A stretch of 32,000 bases of DNA from Cylindrospermopsis raciborskii Cr2010 (GTDB taxonomy: Bacteria; Cyanobacteriota; Cyanobacteriia; Cyanobacteriales; Nostocaceae), in assembly GCF_003367075.2 (NCBI RefSeq), contig NZ_CP065936.1:720001-752000 (forward strand), given 5' to 3'. Below are positions 28,346 through 32,000 of this stretch, one piece after another; the stretch's first letter is position 1, and every line of letters begins with the position of its first letter. The notes below the pieces were generated by a model that was not told the origin of the DNA, made no database searches, and worked only from the letters and a program-made list of their open reading frames with translations. Position numbers and translations under genes: made by a program.

Positions 28346-29629
28346 GTGGCAAAAGTTGTATTAGAAAACGTTTACAAAACTTTCCCTCCCCGCATAGGAG
28401 AAGTTAAGAACCAAGAGTCATCTTCTCCTAACCAACCTGGAGATAGTATTCATGTCCTACGTCGGATTAATTTAACTATTACCGAGGGCGAGTTTATGGT
28501 GTTAGTGGGCCCCTCAGGTTGTGGAAAAAGTACCTTGCTACGTTTAATAGCAGGATTGGAGGTGATGACGGGGGGTAACATTTGGATAGGGAATGATCTG
28601 ATTAATGATTTACCTCCCAAGGCCAGAGATATTGCCATGGTATTTCAAAATTATGCTCTTTACCCCCATTTGACAGTTTATGAAAATATTGCATTTGGTT
28701 TACGTCGTCGTTTACCAGTTAACCACACTAGCTCTAAGGGAACTATGGGTCAGTGGGGAGAAAATCTGCTCATGGGTTTGACTCAAAAACTACCCAAACA
28801 ATTACGTTATCAGACTCAAACGGAAAAAATTATAGAACAACAGGTTTTAAAAGTTGCTCATTTGCTACAAATCAACACAATGTTACATAGACTGCCTAAA
28901 CAACTCTCCGGAGGACAAAGACAACGGGTAGCACTGGGTCGAGCGATCGCTCGGGATCCACAAGTGTTTTTAATGGATGAGCCCCTATCTAATTTAGATG
29001 CTAAACTACGAGCAGAAACTCGCGTACAAATTGTCAAATTACAGCGACAATTGGGAACAACCACTATTTATGTTACCCATGACCAAACAGAAGCAATGAC
29101 TATGGGCGATCGCATTGCCATTATGAATATGGGACAAATTCAACAAGTTGCCCGCCCCTTAGAAATATATAACTATCCCAAAAATCGCTTTGTGGCAGAA
29201 TTTATTGGTTCACCACCGATGAATTTCATTCCCGTAGAATTTTATGCACCACTATTAATTACCCACAGCAATTTTCGCTTTACTCTACCAAGTGAGTGGG
29301 GAAAAGCACTACAAAAATACAGTGGACAAACCGTAATTTTAGGTATTCGTCCAGAACACCTGATGTTAAGTGTACCGGCGACAAAAAATATACCCGTTAA
29401 AGTAGATCTAGTAGAAAATCTGGGAAATGATAGTTTCCTGAGTGTAAGAGTAATTAACCCTGATTTACCGAAATTAGATGGTCAGATACTACAGGTAAGA
29501 GTACCTTCGGATAGACTAATTAACATGGGGGATCAAATTTGGCTATCACCCATTGTGGAAAAACTGCACTTTTTCGATCCAGAAACCGAATTAGCGATCT
29601 TTACCGACAATAAAAACATTAATTTTTAA
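28346..29629 (+). CDS. ugpC: MalK/UgpC-family sugar ABC transporter ATP-binding protein
   Basis: Walker A VGPSGCGKST; LSGGQRQRVALGRAIARDPQVFLMDEPLSNLDAKLR; FVAEFIGSPPMNF; C-terminal LGIRPEHL regulatory-domain motif. The substrate is not deducible. Confidence 0.88.
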   Translation: MAKVVLENVYKTFPPRIGEVKNQESSSPNQPGDSIHVLRRINLTITEGEFMVLVGPSGCGKSTLLRLIAGLEVMTGGNIWIGNDLINDLPPKARDIAMVFQNYALYPHLTVYENIAFGLRRRLPVNHTSSKGTMGQWGENLLMGLTQKLPKQLRYQTQTEKIIEQQVLKVAHLLQINTMLHRLPKQLSGGQRQRVALGRAIARDPQVFLMDEPLSNLDAKLRAETRVQIVKLQRQLGTTTIYVTHDQTEAMTMGDRIAIMNMGQIQQVARPLEIYNYPKNRFVAEFIGSPPMNFIPVEFYAPLLITHSNFRFTLPSEWGKALQKYSGQTVILGIRPEHLMLSVPATKNIPVKVDLVENLGNDSFLSVRVINPDLPKLDGQILQVRVPSDRLINMGDQIWLSPIVEKLHFFDPETELAIFTDNKNINF

Positions 29630-29682
29630 AAACATTAATTTGCCACTGCTTGGTATTGACACCTCCCCCAGATATCAAGTAG

Positions 29683-30075
29683 CTATGCCAACTTTTTCTC
29701 TCTGCGGGTATGGTGAACTTCTGACTGGGACTTTTTACCTCTTACCTCCAGATAGGCCAAGTCTTTAATTTTGGTCAAACAGTTGGTTTGGGTTACATGA
29801 TTATTATCAGTTCGTTTGTCGCTGGATGATGAAGCAAGTTTGAGATTTTCCTTTTTCTCGGTCTCGGACCGATTTTGATGGGAGTTTTCCTTGATTAGTC
29901 GGTTGTAAGTACGGTAAGGAATATAATGCAAAGGATTATAACCCACAAACCGCAACATTAGCACGCAGGCCCAAGAATACTTGCCAGCTAGAATGGCCTC
30001 TATTACCTGGTCAAACTGCTCAGGATTGATTTTCGTATCAGCAAGTCCAGTGTTGTTAGAAAAATTGTGATTCAT
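29683..30075 (-). CDS. hetP: HetP family heterocyst differentiation protein
   Basis: [50 protein letters not shown] is the conserved HetP-family N-terminus; C-terminal [15 protein letters not shown] checked on the minus strand at 30075-30073. Confidence 0.88.
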   Translation of the reverse strand: MNHNFSNNTGLADTKINPEQFDQVIEAILAGKYSWACVLMLRFVGYNPLHYIPYRTYNRLIKENSHQNRSETEKKENLKLASSSSDKRTDNNHVTQTNCLTKIKDLAYLEVRGKKSQSEVHHTRREKKLA

Positions 30076-30457
30076 AGTTAGTCTTACTTTTATTTTTTAG
30101 GCGTGATTTATTTGATGAATGCTCAGATGTGATTGACCAGTTTCGGATCCGTGTTTAATTATCCTCTAGTCATCAACCCCAAAGAGTAACCAGAACAAGA
30201 CTATGGTCATTGAGTATTGTTGTACAAATAGCCGCTGATAAATGGTGAAACTTTTTTATAAAGTATCACCATTTTTGAGTCAGTAAACCCATGGAATCTG
30301 ACTTCTCTCAAGCTACATTTGTAATTTATACTATCTTTTTTTCCCATATCATCTGCCAAGATGGCAAGTTGATAAGTCAAATTTAGTGAAGATCTCAAAA
30401 CGTTCATTTGGTCATTGTGCAAGTTTAACTTTCGTCTGATTTTTGTTAGATAAATGG

Positions 30458-30475
30458 GGGGTCAGACCCCTCATT
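30458..30475. promoter_or_regulatory. Candidate HetR-binding site upstream of hetP
   Basis: GGGGTCAGACCCCTCATT, containing GGGTCAGACCCCTCATT (30459-30475), 15/17 identical to the published hetP-promoter HetR site GGGTCTAACCCCTCATT. GGGGTC-A-GACCCC is a perfect inverted repeat. Confidence 0.8.
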
Positions 30476-30983
30476 TTAGACAACTTTAAAGTTATCAATT
30501 GTTGAATATTTGAGGCAATCTCAATTTGATGTAGGAGTGTAAAGCCTTATAGAATAAGAACTTCATAAATTATCACTCAGCAGAAATCCCTGATTTTCCG
30601 TAAAATTGCCTTCGGTAGTTCCTTGATTATAGATTGTTATATGTTTTTTGGCAATCTCCTTTAATAAAATAATTATTAACACAGAAATAGCAAATCACTC
30701 AAGTTAAATAAATAGCAATAACTGTGGGGCATGAAGATAGAATATTTTTATAATTTAGTTGCTTATGATACCATTTAATAATTTATTAAATTAAACATTT
30801 AAGGGGAAATAAATGATGCTCCCTAACAAATACCCATAACCAAGTGTATTATCAAGTGATTCACGACATAGATGTCATATTTAATGTCAATTAATATATG
30901 GAACCAGAACGCTATAAAAAGCTGGATAGACATTCTGGCCCGCTGGTGGCTATGGTTATCTCTTAAGATTTAATTACCAATAA

Positions 30984-32000
30984 CTATTTAAAGCATATAT
31001 ACACAGCCCAAATAGCCATAGGCCGAAGGTAGGTACTAGCCCGAAAAGTACCAGCAGCGGTGATCGCCTCTGGTGTGCGGAACTGTAGACCATGGTCATA
31101 GACCTGTCTCACCACTGCTTCGGTTAAACGCAAACCTTGATCTTTCATGCCCATTTGCAGTAAAAAAGCAGCCAAGCCAAAATTGATACCCGTCCAAACC
31201 TCCAGAGGGTGGGTAGCTTGAGGGTTTTCCGGTGAACCATCCAGAAGAACACCATTAGCAGCACCAAACTTACCATCTTGGAACTTGAGGAAACAAGCAT
31301 CGTAGATAGTAGTCAAAGCGGAAAGGGCCCGATCTTTTGGCACAATATCCGGTAGATTAAGCAACCTGGCATAAAACTGTCCTGATAGTTGATCAGCCAT
31401 CACCACATTGGAACCACTTTCACTATCTAAACGGTAAAATTTGCCATTCCATAGTTTTTGTTGATATACTGGCAATGATTGGTTTAACCAATGCTCATAA
31501 ATAGATTTTTGCTCCCCTACATTTGGTAATTCCGGGCGGTTTATCAAAACATCACAAATGGCGATCGCAGCTTCCAAAGCTGCCAACCACAAAGCACCAC
31601 AATAGGCGCTAACACCACTTAGTCGCCAATCATCAAAGGTCTGGTCGGGAGCGCCAGAATTTTCCGGTATTCCATCCCCATCCATGTCAAATTGTTTGAG
31701 ATAATCTAAAGTCAGCACCATACCATGCCAACAGTCAACTAGAAACTCTATATCATTAGCACCGGTAAACAGGAAATCACGGTACACCTGGAGGACAAAA
31801 TCACAACCCAAATCTTTCCATAGGTTACAGTCCTGATAACTGGTATAGTTGGTTTGCTCCCAAACCCACTCATTAGGTGCGCCTAAATCGTGAGGTGTAG
31901 CCCCTGCTACCTTGCGTAATGCCATCGGACTGGGGGAGTTAATGGTTAAATAGTATCCAATAATTCTAGATCTATCATCACTTTGGGGGATGGCCCGCAC
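30984..32000 (-). CDS. GH116 / GBA2-like (non-lysosomal glucosylceramidase family) glycoside hydrolase, C-terminal part (5' end outside window)
   Basis: LKQFDMDGDGIPENSGAPDQTFDDWRLSGVSAYCGALWLAALEAAIAI is the family catalytic-region signature; also ETWTGINFGLAAFLL-like HPLEVWTGINFGLAAFLLQMG. TAG stop at 30984-30986. Confidence 0.85.
   Translation of the reverse strand: MRAIPQSDDRSRIIGYYLTINSPSPMALRKVAGATPHDLGAPNEWVWEQTNYTSYQDCNLWKDLGCDFVLQVYRDFLFTGANDIEFLVDCWHGMVLTLDYLKQFDMDGDGIPENSGAPDQTFDDWRLSGVSAYCGALWLAALEAAIAICDVLINRPELPNVGEQKSIYEHWLNQSLPVYQQKLWNGKFYRLDSESGSNVVMADQLSGQFYARLLNLPDIVPKDRALSALTTIYDACFLKFQDGKFGAANGVLLDGSPENPQATHPLEVWTGINFGLAAFLLQMGMKDQGLRLTEAVVRQVYDHGLQFRTPEAITAAGTFRASTYLRPMAIWAVYICFK

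Noticed and set aside
30207-30422. 71-aa minus-strand ORF between the HetR-like box and hetP (MHNDQMNVLRSSLN...)
   Set aside because: No recognisable domain, lies in an AT-rich regulatory region and starts only 37 bp from the putative HetR site. More likely chance; conservation would be needed to accept it.
1-32000. CRISPR array, tRNA/rRNA, prophage, transposase, toxin-antitoxin or defence island
   Set aside because: I saw no regularly spaced direct repeats, no clear tRNA cloverleaf and no transposase, phage or defence-type ORFs. The TerY-P triad is the only component sometimes found in stress/defence contexts, and it lacks partner ter genes here.

Overview
This 32-kb window is from a filamentous, very likely heterocyst-forming cyanobacterium. 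It has low GC, nine exact HIP1 octamers (GCGATCGC) and a HetP homologue. The core (~3688-23946, all minus strand, tightly packed) is a 17-ORF polysaccharide locus. From memory, its order matches the heterocyst envelope polysaccharide (HEP) island of Anabaena sp. PCC 7120 (alr2825-alr2841, including hepC and hepA). Downstream of it lie an aspartoacylase-like gene (minus strand) and, on the plus strand, a family-4 glycosyltransferase and a PIG-L deacetylase. Upstream lie a TerY-P-type signalling triad (vWA protein, PP2C phosphatase, kinase with TPR repeats), a UgpC/MalK-type ATPase, a minus-strand hetP homologue, and the 3' part of a GH116/GBA2-like gene. Main observations: (1) GGGTCAGACCCCTCATT about 385 bp upstream of hetP, a 15/17 match to the published HetR-binding site GGGTCTAACCCCTCATT, with hetC not found directly upstream; (2) an Fe(II)/2-oxoglutarate (PhyH-like) dioxygenase candidate and an L-2-hydroxyglutarate oxidase homologue inside the polysaccharide locus; (3) a Wzc-like protein whose P-loop glycines are lost and which has no tyrosine cluster; (4) a degenerate, short HepC sugar transferase; (5) a glycosyltransferase-like ORF between hepC and hepA; (6) two inverted copies of a MITE-like hairpin repeat 12.7 kb apart, one directly upstream of hepC; (7) the TerY-P triad beside the HEP locus. 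All family names come from motif recognition, with no database search.
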